NCBI RefSeq assembly: GCF_028641065.1
Contig: NC_073381.1
Location: forward strand, 81,716,001 to 81,780,000
Direction of reading: 5' to 3'
Source: Leucoraja erinacea
Lineage: Eukaryota
DNA: 64,000 bases
Shown: positions 47,945-59,990 of the stretch, piece after piece
Numbering within the stretch: the first letter of the stretch is position 1
Layout of the letters: every line of letters begins with the position of its first letter
The notes under the pieces: generated by a model
The model's input: the letters and a program-made list of their open reading frames with translations, nothing else
Database searches by the model: none
What the model was told of the DNA's origin: nothing
Position numbers and translations under genes: made by a program

Positions 47945-49314
47945 CAGGTGCACAACCTTTTATCCGAAAGCCTTGGGACCAGACACTTTTCGTAATTCAG
48001 AATTTTTCGGCTTTCGGAATGGAAGATTTTTAGCGTAGATTTTAACGGCTGGCTCAGTGGTAGAGTGCTCGGCTCATATCCGCAAGGTCGCGAGTTTGCG
48101 CCTAGATCCCGGCAGTTACTCGATTGCGAGTTTGAGTCTTCAATGTAGTTTTTTCTTGCAGAATAGGAGAGAATAGGGAGGGTTAGGCTGGGATCATTCT
48201 CTGCGAGATAATCTTAGTGCGGGAGACAAGTGTAGGAGAGGTGTACTGACTGTGTGGGCAGAACTTTGGAAGTGTTTGCCCACCATTCTCAAAAGCCGCT
48301 GTGTCTCCCTGTCCCTCCAACTCCAGAGGAATCCGCTGCCCGATGGGCCGCTACGGCGACGTGGCAGTTCGCCCACAGCCCGAGCTGCGCCCCCTCATCC
48401 GCAACCCGGGTTCCTCTGGAGTTGGAGCGGGGCTGGGCTAGAGTTGCTGCTGGCTGTGAGTCTCTCGGATCTCCGTGCTTGCAGTCGGTGTCCAGTTGGT
48501 CCTGACGTCTCCGGTCACCCCTCTGGACTGGAGCTGAGACTGGGAACTGTACCGCCCTTGCCCCCTCCCTCTGCAACTGCAAACAACCCCACAGTTCCCA
48601 GTCTCAGCTCCTGTACAGGGGGGTAGCCGGAGACGTCACAGCCCGAGCTGCGCCCCCTCATCCGCAACCTCAAGACCAAGACGTACCTTTCACACCATCA
48701 GCTTCGGTCCCTACGGGGAGCGTGTTCCTCTGGAATTGGAATGGGGCTGGGCTGCTGCTGGCTGTGGGTCTCTGGGATCTCCGTGCTTGCAGTGGGCCTG
48801 GGGGCCGGTGTCCCGTTGGTCCTGACGTCTCCAGTGACTGGCACTAGCTCCGACGTGAAGACAGTGCAAAACCCCCGCACCGGTGCAATGGGCGGGGAGC
48901 TGGAGAGGGGAGGGAAGGGGTCACACACATGGCTGGGAAGCAGAGGGGTGTAGGTGGGGTGAAACTTAAGGGAGCGACAATTTGCTGCTGCCTGCCCGCT
49001 GAGTTAAAAAGTTCTCATGCAAGACTCACGATACACTGTGTATCGTGAGTCTACCGTGGGAACTTTTTAACTCAGCAGGCAGGCAGCAGCAGATTGTCAA
49101 TTATTAACCCTCCCGCGCAATATACCCTCACCTTCTCTTTTATGAATGGGGATTTAGTTCCCCTTTCTTCGAGGACCGACCGGAGATTCCGCTGTCACCT
49201 CTGCGGGCCGCCCTCAGTGAACGTTTTCAAGGACCTTTCTTCAAGGACTGAAAAAATGTCCGCTATTCGGAGGTTTTCGTTATTTGGAACTTCGGATAAA
49301 AGGTTGTGCACCTG
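47945..49314. mobile_element. Non-autonomous pogo/Tigger-like element, copy 2, 1370 bp
   Basis: 24-bp perfect TIR CAGGTGCACAACCTTTTATCCGAA and TA TSD; same ends as 20595-21608 but a different interior. Confidence 0.9.
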
Positions 49315-49776
49315 TATAATCTAGGAGCACTAGTACTGAATCGAGTGTTTGCTGTATTGTCCAAATTGCTGCCTCTTGGATGGGTCATTAAACCAAAGAC
49401 CCAGCTATTGGCCACACTCTTGTCTGAATAAGTATGTTGTGCATTCAAGCTCCACTCTAAGGTAGAGCTCAAACAGATAGGCTATTTCCCCAGTGTACTA
49501 ATGCCGCACAATTGTAAATGTTATCTGGATGCCAAAATGTTAGGTCAAGGCACTTGGATGTAAAATAAGTTTAGAGTCTTTATGAAAATTTGTCCAATAT
49601 TCATACTTTAACCACAGTTTTGAAACCAAGTTTTCTGATTATTTGACTCAATGTTGTTTGTGGTACTTAGGTGTAACACACGTTTATTCCAATGCTTCGA
49701 CATTACACTGGCCCTGTCCATCAAAAAATGAATAATTAATTGCCATGTCGTTGTCTAAAAATATCACGTGCGTAAT

Positions 49777-50592
49777 AAGTCAAGTCAATTTTATTTCTAT
49801 AGCACATTTAAAAACAACTCTTGTTGACCAAAGTGCTTTACATTGGTGCAGGTACTAACGTGCTACAAACAGTGGTACATAGATCAACCATACATTCATA
49901 GATACAAACATGCAACGCTCCCTCAGAGGACCTCAAGAAAGGCTTGAGAGTAGAAATAAGTTTTAAGTCTAGACTTAAAAGAGTCGATGGAGGGGGCAGT
50001 TCTGATGGGAAGAGGGATGCTGTTCCATAGTCTAGGAGCTTCAAGCGGTCGCCCCTGAGCTTATGCCTAGACTGCAGGATGGTCAGTAACCCCAAGTCGG
50101 CAGATCTGAGGGACCTGGAGGTGGTATGGTGGGTAAGCAGATTTTTTATGTAGGTTGGGGCATACATACTTCGTATACATAAAGAAGGAGCTTGAAATTG
50201 ATTTGGAACTGCACAGGGAGCCAGTGGAGAGAGACCAGAATCAGGGTGATGTGGTCCCATTTTCGGGTGCCCGTCAGGAGTCTAGCTGCGGCGTTGTGGA
50301 CCAATTGCAGGCAGGACAGGGATGATTGGCTGATCCCAGTGTAAAGGGAGTTGCAGTAATCAAGGCAGGAGGACATAAATGAGTGGATGATCTTTTCGAG
50401 GTCATCAAATTGGAGGAATTGTTTTATTTTAGCTATCGTCCGAAGCTGGAAGAAGCTGTTTTTACCACGGCATTGATTTGTTTGTCAAATTTCAACGCAG
50501 AATCAAATATCACGCCAAGGCTTTTGACGTGAGGTTTGAGTAATGGGGTAAGGCTTTCAAGTCTGCCTGCTATCGTTTTGATTGAGTCCGAG
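49777..50592 (-). mobile_element. L2-clade LINE 3' fragment
   Basis: SCLDYCNSLYTGISQSSLSCLQLVHNAAARLLTGTRKWDHIT..LHWLPV; tail aagcactttggtc..gtgctatagaaataaa. Confidence 0.85.
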
Positions 50593-51089
50593 TAATACCT
50601 CTAAATTCCTCTAAATTCTTTCACTTTAGTTAACAAAACAATTGTCTATGAGTTCCAGAAGAATTCTGTTTATAAAATTTATTCAAATATGTTATTTATA
50701 TGTTGATAATCTTAATGTATTATATATATATTTTTTCTCAATATTTGCAAAATTGTTACTGGGAGCCATTGTTTACTGTGTAAGCTGAAACAGTTCATCA
50801 GTTGTAATGCATCATCAATTTAAAAAAAACATTAAAGCATATTTCATTTTGCAAACAGGATAGCAGGAGCAATGCGAATATTTCATTCTTCTCTCTGGAC
50901 TGTTTGAATAATTCACAGGTTTCACTGTTAATTGGATTTGTGTCAGGAAGTGTAACAAGATAACTTTTCCTTCACTCTGCTGAAATAACAAAAGCAGGCC
51001 ATTTTCAGGATTATTACATCATAACCTCTCAAGAGAGTTAGATTTAGCTCTTAGGGCTAAAGGAATTAAGGGATATGGGGGGGGAAAGC

Positions 51090-51785
51090 AGTAATTTTGC
51101 CAGACAAGCTGGGCAGTCTGCTCTGGGAACCATGCCACATGATCCATGGAGTAATTTCCCTGCACACCATTGCCACTCACCTGGGGACAGGTAGAACCTC
51201 AGCAGGTAGTGACACTTGGTGCCCACGTGCATTGGCTCTACGCTCCACCTGATGCAGCCACACACGAAGGTGACCATCAGGGTGAGGGCGACATTGGGCA
51301 CACTTTCACCCCCATTGTCTGCCGACTTGTACATTGCGACCGTCGCACCCAGTCCATCCTCAACCCCCAGATGAGCTGGAAGACGGCCCAGGTGATCCTT
51401 GTGGCGTAGGAGGGAGGGACATGCCACACTTGTGCCAAGTACAGCAGCCCTGAGAGCACCTCACATCTGATGATCAAATTTTTTCCCGTTATGGAGTTGC
51501 TTCCACAGCTCCAGTTTCTTCCCCATCTTGGCTATCCGCTCCAGCCAATTCTTGTCACGCACTTCAGCCCCCCCGAAGCAGTTCCCCAGCACCCACAAGA
51601 TGTGAGGCTTGATGGTGAAGGGGACAGAAGATCGGTCGGGCCAGTTGCCAAAGAGCATGGCCTCGCTCTTCCTGCGGTTCACCCTGGCTCCCGTGGCCGA
51701 CTCAAACTGGATCCGACAGACGCTAATCAATCTACGGACCGACCCTGGACCTGAGCAGAAGACGGCGACATCGTCCAGAGTACAG
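51090..51785 (-). mobile_element. L1/Tx1-clade LINE fragment (post-RT region)
   Basis: FESATGARVNRRKSEAMLFGNW..NWLERIAKMGKKLELWK..IIRCEVLSGLLYLAQVW..AVFQLIWG. Confidence 0.75.
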
Positions 51786-52909
51786 GGAGGTTTTGACCTG
51801 AATGTCTATCTACATGGTGTCATGTTTTTGCTCTCGGTTTTGAGGCTTTTCAACAGTCCTTCCATAAGCTCAGGTACTGTTCGATTCACCTCTACCCCAT
51901 TGCAGGCATTGGACTTTGTAAATGGAACTGATGCGTTACAATGCTGAGAACTATATTCTACACATTGCATCTTCTCCTTTGCTCTATGTATTGTACTTGA
52001 GTTTGACTTGATTGTGTTTATGTAAAATATTATCTGCTCTGATTGGATAGTATGCAAAAACAAAGCTTTTTATTGTATCTCAGTATACGTGACAATAATA
52101 AATTTAAACCTGAACTATTCTAGAATCCGCTACCCCCATTGCTATATCTTTCAAAGTTTGACTTGATTGTATTTATGTATCAATTTAAAAGCTTTATTTA
52201 TCAAAATCAATTTATTTTACTGGGAAGTTTTTTGTTTTCTGCATACAGTAAATTTTATATAATTATACAGTATACATAATTATTCTCTCACATTCTTATT
52301 CACCATTATAAATTTGCCAGTTCCCGTAAATGGATACCTATATTTGTCTACATTAGTTTTTTTTTATATCAAACTCAAAAGTTTCTAAATAGCAGGAGAG
52401 GGGGGAAGCTCAAAGCTATTTTCTCAAGATCCATTGAGATGGGTAATTTAAAAAAAAAAGCAATTGTAACGTGATAATTAATTCCATGGAAAGATCAGTA
52501 GGAACCAAATAGCAATCAACCAAGTGACCTTATTCATTGCACTCTTTATGATTATACAGATACAAGAGACTGCAGATGCTGGAGTTTTGAGCAAAAGTAA
52601 TGTGCTTAAGGAACTCCGCAGTTTTCATGCTGTGTAACTTGAATCCTAAGAAGGGTCCCAACCCGAAAGATTGTCTGTCTATTTGCCGCCACTGATGCTG
52701 TATGACTCACTGAACTCTTCCAGCATATTGTGTCTGTTCATGTATTGTATACTCGCTCCAATTCGCATAAATAAAGTACTTGATGATAAGTTGTTGAAAA
52801 TAAATGTGGGGTAATGTGAAGTAGATAGGTCTACTTATGTATATGCTCCAAATAATATTTGTCAGGTATTCTATAGGTCCTAAAAATAGCAAAATAATCT
52901 GGTTTACAA

Positions 52910-53330
52910 GTTCATGTCCTAAGGGAAGAGTTAGGCCATTCGGCCCATCAACTCTACTCCGCCATTCAGCTGAATTATCTCTTCCTCTCATCCGCATTCT
53001 CCTGCCTTCTCCCCCACTGACACCCTTACTAATCAAGAATCCCTTGATCTCCACCTTAAAAATATCAACTGATGGCCTCCACAGCCGTCTGTGACAATGA
53101 ATTCCACAGATTCACTATCCTCTGACTAAAGAAATTCCTCTTCAACTCCTTTCTAAAGATACGTCCTTTTATTCTGAGGCTATGGTCTCTGGTCCTGGAC
53201 TCTCCCATATTCACTCTATCCAGGCCTCTCATTATTCGGTAATGTTCTATGAGGTTCCCCCACCTCATCCTTCTAAACTCCAGCGAGTACAGGCCCAGTG
53301 CCTTCAAATGCTCGTCATATGTTAACTCAA
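52910..53330 (-). mobile_element. CR1 LINE 3' end
   Basis: YDEHLKALGLYSLEFRRMR..ESRTRDHSLRIKG..RNFFSQRIVNLWNSL. Confidence 0.8.
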
Positions 53331-55528
53331 TTAAATGCAGGTTCTCAGACATTTGCTTGAGAGGCATAATTCATTAAAAATTCTGTATGCGCACACATTT
53401 TAACCCTTATGTTTCTGCTCATTCTGGCAGTTTCTGCTACGCATAACAAAATCTACACAGTGAACTACAATGTTCTCAGTGGAAGGTTGACAAAAATGCT
53501 GGAGAAACTGCGGGTGAGGCAGCATCTATGGAGCGAAGGAAATAGGCAACGTTTCGGGTTGAGACCCTTTTTCAGACCTGCTCGACCAGAAACGTTGACA
53601 GTGCATGTTAGAGCAAAAAGAGTAACTGCATTTCAAAAGTATTTCAACTGCTTTAAATTGTGTTCAGTAATCATTGTGTCATGAAGATCCTTTGTGAATG
53701 ATCATTTTACTGTTTAGTTTTTTTTTCTGATTGACAGAGTTTGTTATGACTAAGTCCTCGGCTTTATTTTCCTCTTTACCTGCTTTTTTTAGAGGTGAGC
53801 CATTAGTGTTACAACAGACATTGCCCCAAGTTATTCTCTCTTAGTCCAATGTTCCATCGACTGTGGCAGCCTCGCCAGCAGCAGTCCGTCCTTTCACCCT
53901 TTTTGTTATTTTTAGTGTGTCTAAATGTATGTTCTTAAAGGTTTCTAAGTTCTTTATGTGTGTGGGGGGGGACCGTTTCTCAGTCACTTCCTGGTCGGAG
54001 ATGTGTCTTTTCTCCATGTCATTAATGTGTTAGGAGACACAGGAAGAGGACATAAAAAAACAGTACCAGAGAAGGCATACATGATGAACTCAAAACAAAA
54101 GAGCTGTTTAAATTGTGGATTGTATTTTAAATACTTAATTAACAAAGTAATAATCTTGCGCAGGATAGGTTTGGAAAATGGACTGTTGAAGTATTTTCCT
54201 GGAAATAGTTTCCCAGTTAATTTGTATGAATTCTAGGAATGTTACAGCATTTGGATTGTAATGAAGGCTGCAGATATTTATATGTAAGTTTATTTTGTTT
54301 GTAATTATCTTTCCCAGTGGAGCGGTCAGTTTATATGGTCATTTTGGATTATTCTCCCATTTCCATTGATTGGCTTTATAGTAGTCCTTTGCCAGCTGTT
54401 TCTGCATACCAAAAGGTTTTATGTCTGTGAACAGCATTGATACATCCAATTTATCAGAAAGACTAATAGATAACAAGAGGTTAAATTGATTTTTTGTCCT
54501 TTTTTATTTTCTCAATTCTATTTAATTTATTCCCACCCAGTCTGGTAATGCTGGGGTTAATTACAGCACTTCCATTGCCTCTGATCTTAAATGACTTCAT
54601 TTATCAGTTTTTCGAGTTCCATATGTTTACTGTCTAGATTTATTTTTTTATCTTCCGGTTTAGCAAACTTGAGAAATATTTTTAGTAACAATTTCTTCAT
54701 TTTGCATTTGATATCATTTGTGGGCTCCTTGTCGGCATAATATGTTAGAAAGGCTGAATCACCGGATTACTGTGGTAGAACTGTTAGACCTTCCTGAGCA
54801 AAAATGCAATGTAATGGAACAATGATTAGTGGAGATTTGCTTTAGGTGACGTAAGTACGTTTCGTCTTACTGAAACCATGACATATATTGTTTACATTTG
54901 AGCACATTTCCTTGTAAAAATTAGCGATGTTAATTATTCAAGTCTTTTACATGGCTGAATAATTGCAGTCAATACGTAGTAAACATCACATCAGCATTGA
55001 GCTGCAGGACCTTCAGCATTTTTGATAAGAGCTCTGTCATTTCCTTTTACTTGTGATACATCCATTCCTCTGCAATAAGAATAAGACTGATAAATAATCT
55101 TGAAGATTTCTTTCTTGTCATTACAGTATCAATTTAATCTGATTTGTTTATTGTGTATGTGCATAATTTTTCAATATGGGAATGCAATGTAGCCTCGATT
55201 AAGTCACATACTTTTTGTAAAAATATTGACTAAATGTCAAATAGTACTGTGCTAATTTTTACCTATTTTTAGCTGAAAATATTTAACAATTCTAATAAGA
55301 TCACCTGCTCCTATCTGATTTTTTTTTTTTCAATTTGCTGCAAGATTTTTGCTTCCTTGTGTTAGCTTTAAGGTTATGGTGATGTTTCGGTCTCTGGATA
55401 GTTCTCTTGCATGTTTATTTGTGGTAACTGACGTGGATGTTTCAGTATTTATTGTCTGTTTTAATTAGGTTTTTGTCTTGATCTTTAAGCAATATCAATT
55501 TAACAATATATTTTATTGTCCTTTTAAG

Positions 55529-56052
55529 CTATTGGGAAACCTGGTGCCAGGCAACCAGTAAACCATGGGAGTCGTCAATCCCGGACTCGGAAATTAAACA
55601 AAGAGCCTGTTTATAAAGACATAGACTTGGTGACTAAACGCATGTTATCTGCCAGGCTGCTGAAAATTAATGAGCTCCGAAATGAGGTTACAGAATTACA
55701 GGTTAAACTGGAGGATTTGCAGAAGGAAAATAAAATACTAAAGTGTCTTCAGTACAGGCAAGAGAAAGCTCTTAGTAAGTTTGATGATACAGAGAATGAG
55801 ATCTCATTGCTCTTATCTCGACACAATAATGAAATTCGTCTACTTCGAGAAAGACTTCGAAAATCGCAGGAGAAAGAGAGAACAATGGAGAAACAATTGA
55901 AAGACACTGAGGATGAACTTCATCGAACAAAAAGCTCTCTGCTGAAATTAAAGAAACTTTCAGAGGACAAACATTTGATAGAGCGAGATGAACTGGCTCA
56001 GAAACTTGCTAAAGCTGAAATCAAAATGGAAGGCAGTGAAAAAAGAATTAAG
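55529..56052 (+). CDS. LCA5: Lebercilin coding exon 2 (lebercilin coiled-coil domain)
   Basis: [24 protein letters not shown]...[11 protein letters not shown]...RHNNEI...[11 protein letters not shown] is close to human LCA5 and clearly more like LCA5 than LCA5L. Acceptor AG at 55527-55528, donor AAG|GTAATG. Confidence 0.95.
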
Positions 56053-56619
56053 GTAATGCTTGTATGAGAAAATCCCCTAGCTTTGTCTACTCTTTTTACA
56101 CATTCTCAATTTAATTTCCTATAATTTCCCTGTAATTAATTAATTTATCACAATAATACTGCGTTATTAATTTGTTCAAGCAGTTTTAATTTAGACTTGT
56201 TAAGTGAGTTAGCCTCATCAGAAACCTTTCTAAAGATTATCCAAAACATGAATATTGTGATACAGCTGTAATATAACTTATTGTCATTCAAAATTCTTCA
56301 ATGCCATGTACAGTAAAACTCCTGTAATTCAGCGTGCCCGGGAGTTTGGTTGTGCAAATCTGGCATATTTTCTGGACTGTTGGACGATTGTTTCTATTAC
56401 TAGACCAACACACATTTAATTAACTTTTATTTTAAATGTTGCATCATATTATAATATATTTTCGAATGAACTAGTTAAGTCTAAAGTGATCATAGGAAGC
56501 CACAATCCTAATCATCTGTGGACTATCTACCGTATGTTGAGTCTAGAATACTGTTTTGACAAGAAATACTGTTAATCTAAAAGATATTATATTTATAGTT
56601 TCAATCATTAGTCTAATTT

Positions 56620-56792
56620 AGAGACACAACATGGATACAGGCCCTTTGGCCCACCAAAACCACATCGACCAGTGATCACCCATGCACAAGTTCTATCCAA
56701 CATACTAGGCGTAATTTACGGAACCAATTAACCTACAAGTGAGCAAGTCTTTCAAATGTGGGAGGAAAACGGAGCACCTGGAGAAAACCCAA
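56620..56792 (-). mobile_element. V-domain SINE (HE1-like) fragment
   Basis: The minus strand tgggttttctccaggtgctccgttttcctcccaca resembles the V-SINE central domain, with a CR1-like tail. Confidence 0.55.
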
Positions 56793-56794
56793 GT

Positions 56795-58005
56795 TGGAAT
56801 TAACTTAAACTGGAGGGGGACCAACATCCTAGCGGGAAGGTTTGCTAATGCTACACAGGAAGGTTTAAACTAGATTGTCGGGGGTTGGGATCTCGTGCAG
56901 GACAGAGGTACTGGAGAGGCTAGAAGTTGGAATGGAGGGTGGTGTGGGATAGGTTAGTGGACAGAATCGGCAGGTGAAAGTTGGAGAGCGAGGAAGGAGG
57001 GTTGGTTTCAACTGCACGTATTTTAATGCAAGGGGCCTGGCGGGTAAGGAAGATGAGCTTAGGGCATGGATAGGTATGAGCGACTGGGATACAGTAGCGA
57101 TGACTGAAACCTGCTTAATGGGGGGCAAGACTGGCAGCTCAATGTTCCGGGGTACAGGAGCTTCAGGAGTTGCATTATTAAGGAGGATGTCACAGCTGTG
57201 TTCAGAGGTGGCATTACGGATGGTTCGTCTAGTGAGGCTATATGGGTGGAACTGAGGAACAAGAAAGGGATGATCACCTTGTTGGGGGTGTACTACAGAC
57301 CCCTGAATAAATGGGAATTAGAAGGACAAATGTGCCAGGAGATTGCAGACAGCTGCAGGTCAAATAAGGTTGTTGTAGTAAGGGTTTTTAACTTTCCCAA
57401 TATAGACTGGGGAAATCATAGTGTGAAGGGTTTAGATGAGGCCCCCACACGTGAGAGGGCATCGCTGGATCTAGTATTGGGAAATTGGGAGGGGAAAGTT
57501 AATGACATGTTTGTGGAGAGAGTGGGACCTCTCAGGAATCAAAGCGGTCACCTCTGTGTGCAGCCACAGGAGATGGGCAAGTTTGCTGATGAGACAAAAG
57601 TTAGTGGTTTTTACAGATAATGAAGATGGTTGTGAAAGATTTCAGCAGGATCTGGATCGATTGGCCAGGTGGGCAGAGGAATGGTTGATGGAATTTAATA
57701 CAGAGCAGTGTGAGGTGTTGCATTTTGGGACGTCAAACAAGGGCAGGACCTACACTGGAAATGACGGGCCTCTGGGTAGTGTAGAGCAGAGGGATTTAGG
57801 AGTACAGGTGCATGGTTCCTTGAAGGTCGAGTCGCGGGTAGATAAGGTGGTCAAAAAGGCTTTTGGCACTTTGGCCTTCATCAGTCAGAGTATTGAGTAT
57901 AGAAGTTGGGAGGTCATGTTGCAGTTGCATAAGACGTTGGTGAGACCGCATTTCGAATATCGTGTTCAGTTCTGGGCACCATGTTATAGGAAAGATATTG
58001 TTAAG
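56795..58005 (+). mobile_element. Internally deleted CR1 LINE (ORF1 end, endonuclease, RT end)
   Basis: LNWRGTNILAGRFA; CTYFNARGLAGKEDEL; EAIWVELRNKKG..GVYYRP; KFADETK; W..EWLMEFNTEQCEVLHFG..LVRPHFEY. Confidence 0.85.
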
Positions 58006-58009
58006 TGAC

Positions 58010-59990
58010 TGGTAGACAAAATTGCTGGCGAAACTCAGCGGGTGAGGCAGCATCTATGGAGAGAAGGAAAAGGTGACGTTTCGGGTCGAGACCCTTCTTT
58101 AGACTGAAGTCAATGTTCATACCGCTGGTAGGGCCGGATTTACGTATAAGCTTCACAAGCTTAAGCTTAGGGCCTCGAGATCTAAGGGGTCCTCGGCAGG
58201 GCTGGATTTACCTATAGGCTTCATAGGCTGAAGCCTAGGGCCTCAAAATCTAGGGGACCTCTGGCCAAGGTGTTTTTTTCCCAGAGTAAAAAAAATCCTG
58301 AGAAGAAAAAAAATGGAGCGCTATCAGCTGGAAATTACCCGAAATTCTGGTTCCAGCCCGCTGGAAGTTTTGGGGGGAAAATTGCGACCATCGCAGTTGG
58401 GGGAAGCTAGTGACGCAGTAGCGTCGCAAAATGACGCTGTCTCTCCGCAAGTGCGCAGTGGGCCCTGGCGGGTTCAGATCTTCATTTGCACTCCACGCAA
58501 TCACCTCGATGTCTACCAAAGATCCTGGGTGTCTACTCCAGATAAGTAGTGGAATATTGCGTTGCGGGTGTGCCCGTTTCTCCGGGCTGGGGTGGAGGGG
58601 GGGGGCTGCGGTATCTGCGGCGCGGAGTCGGAGCCTCGCTGCATGGGAGGGGGAGGGGGAGGGAGGGGGGGGGGATGTGAGAGGGGGAAAGGGGGGGTTG
58701 AGGCAGAGGGGGGGGAGGAGGAGGGGGGGGGAGGGAAAGGGGATTAACTTTAGTGAGATTGCAAAATTAAGGTAGGTTTTGGAGCAATTATATTTTCTCC
58801 TCCATATGAATAATATCAAACAATTGGAACTGCTTTCTTTTCCTTGATAATAATACTGAAAAATATGTATTCCATAGTTTGCGACTTTCATTTTGCATCA
58901 TATTTTTAATGTGCACACACTAACACAGTCGAACAGTAACAGGCAATCAAATCAACACACAAAACATTTTCTAAAAAAAAGTTTTATTTACTGCAAAAAC
59001 TTACAGTATTTTATTTGCAGTGTTTGCATGCTCCTTTATAACATTTTACATAACATTTAACAGTACTACTTGATTATTAAAACAAGGACTGCTTCAATTC
59101 TTGATTTAAAAAAAATGTATACAACAATGACCTTAATCATCCCATTCCAACCACTCTCAACTAAAATTATTTCTGAAATATTGGTCATAAATGTCATGCA
59201 AAAATGCTCCAAAATAAGGCTCAGAATGGACCAGAGAACATCTAAAACCCCAGAGCTTCCTAGGCCCATAAGCAGGCCCTGGATCCCGGCTGCAAGGGTC
59301 TTTGATATGTGATATGCACTGCGTGCACTTATTTCACATACATTTTTTGTAATCCTGCCATGCCTCCCCCCTTTTTGAAAAGCTTCGCACGTGCCTGGTG
59401 TATAATATTTTTGACACTGTCATAGGCCTTTCTTACATATGTTGTCACAACGCACTGTAGTCTCTAAACAACACTTCAGTAATTTTCCTTGCCCTCCATT
59501 TCGTTGTCTCTGTACTGCACACTGACAGTGACAATTAAAGTTGAATCTGAATCTGAATTTCAGAATAATAGTATTTTAAGCCGATAACTCGACACTAGCA
59601 CTGGCAATAAATAAAAGGCGCAGCTTTCCAGCCCTTATCTCATTGGCCATGCTCGGCTGCACATCGGTGTCAATCTGGTGGACTCTTCCATCTCCTCTCG
59701 TCGTGGTGGTGGGGGATTGGGAGGGGCCTCACAAGTTGAAAAGCCTAGGATCTGTCGTCTTCTAAATCCGGCCCTGACCGCTGGGGTGTAAACTACCCAA
59801 GTGAAATATGAGGTTCTGTTCCTCCAATTTGCACTGGGCCTTACTCTGGCAATGTAGGAGGCCTAGGCCAGAAAGGTCAAATTCAGAATGGATGGGGGAG
59901 TTGAAGTGCTGATCCACTCGGAGATCAGGTTGGTTATTGCGAACTAAGCGGAGGTGTTAGGCGAAGCGATCGCCAAGCCTGTGCTCAGCA
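58010..59990 (-). mobile_element. Penelope-like fragment split by a hAT insertion
   Basis: Pseudo-LTR at 58010-58106 with a near-intact hammerhead core. 58107-58128 joins 59785-59990, which is homologous to 28620-28830. Confidence 0.7.
58129..59776. mobile_element. Non-autonomous hAT element, 1648 bp
   Basis: 8-bp TSD ACCGCTGG (58121-58128 and 59777-59784); TIR (T/C)AGGGCCGGATTTA at both ends. Confidence 0.9.

Noticed and set aside
55529-56052. Assignment to the paralog pair LCA5L / SH3BGR
   Set aside because: The coiled-coil exon matches LCA5 ([21 protein letters not shown]) rather than LCA5L (LSARLHKIK, QLRHLKAIGKY).
58250-58891. 213-aa Pro-rich ORF as a hAT transposase
   Set aside because: It is a translation of the poly-C/G tract and shows no transposase motifs.
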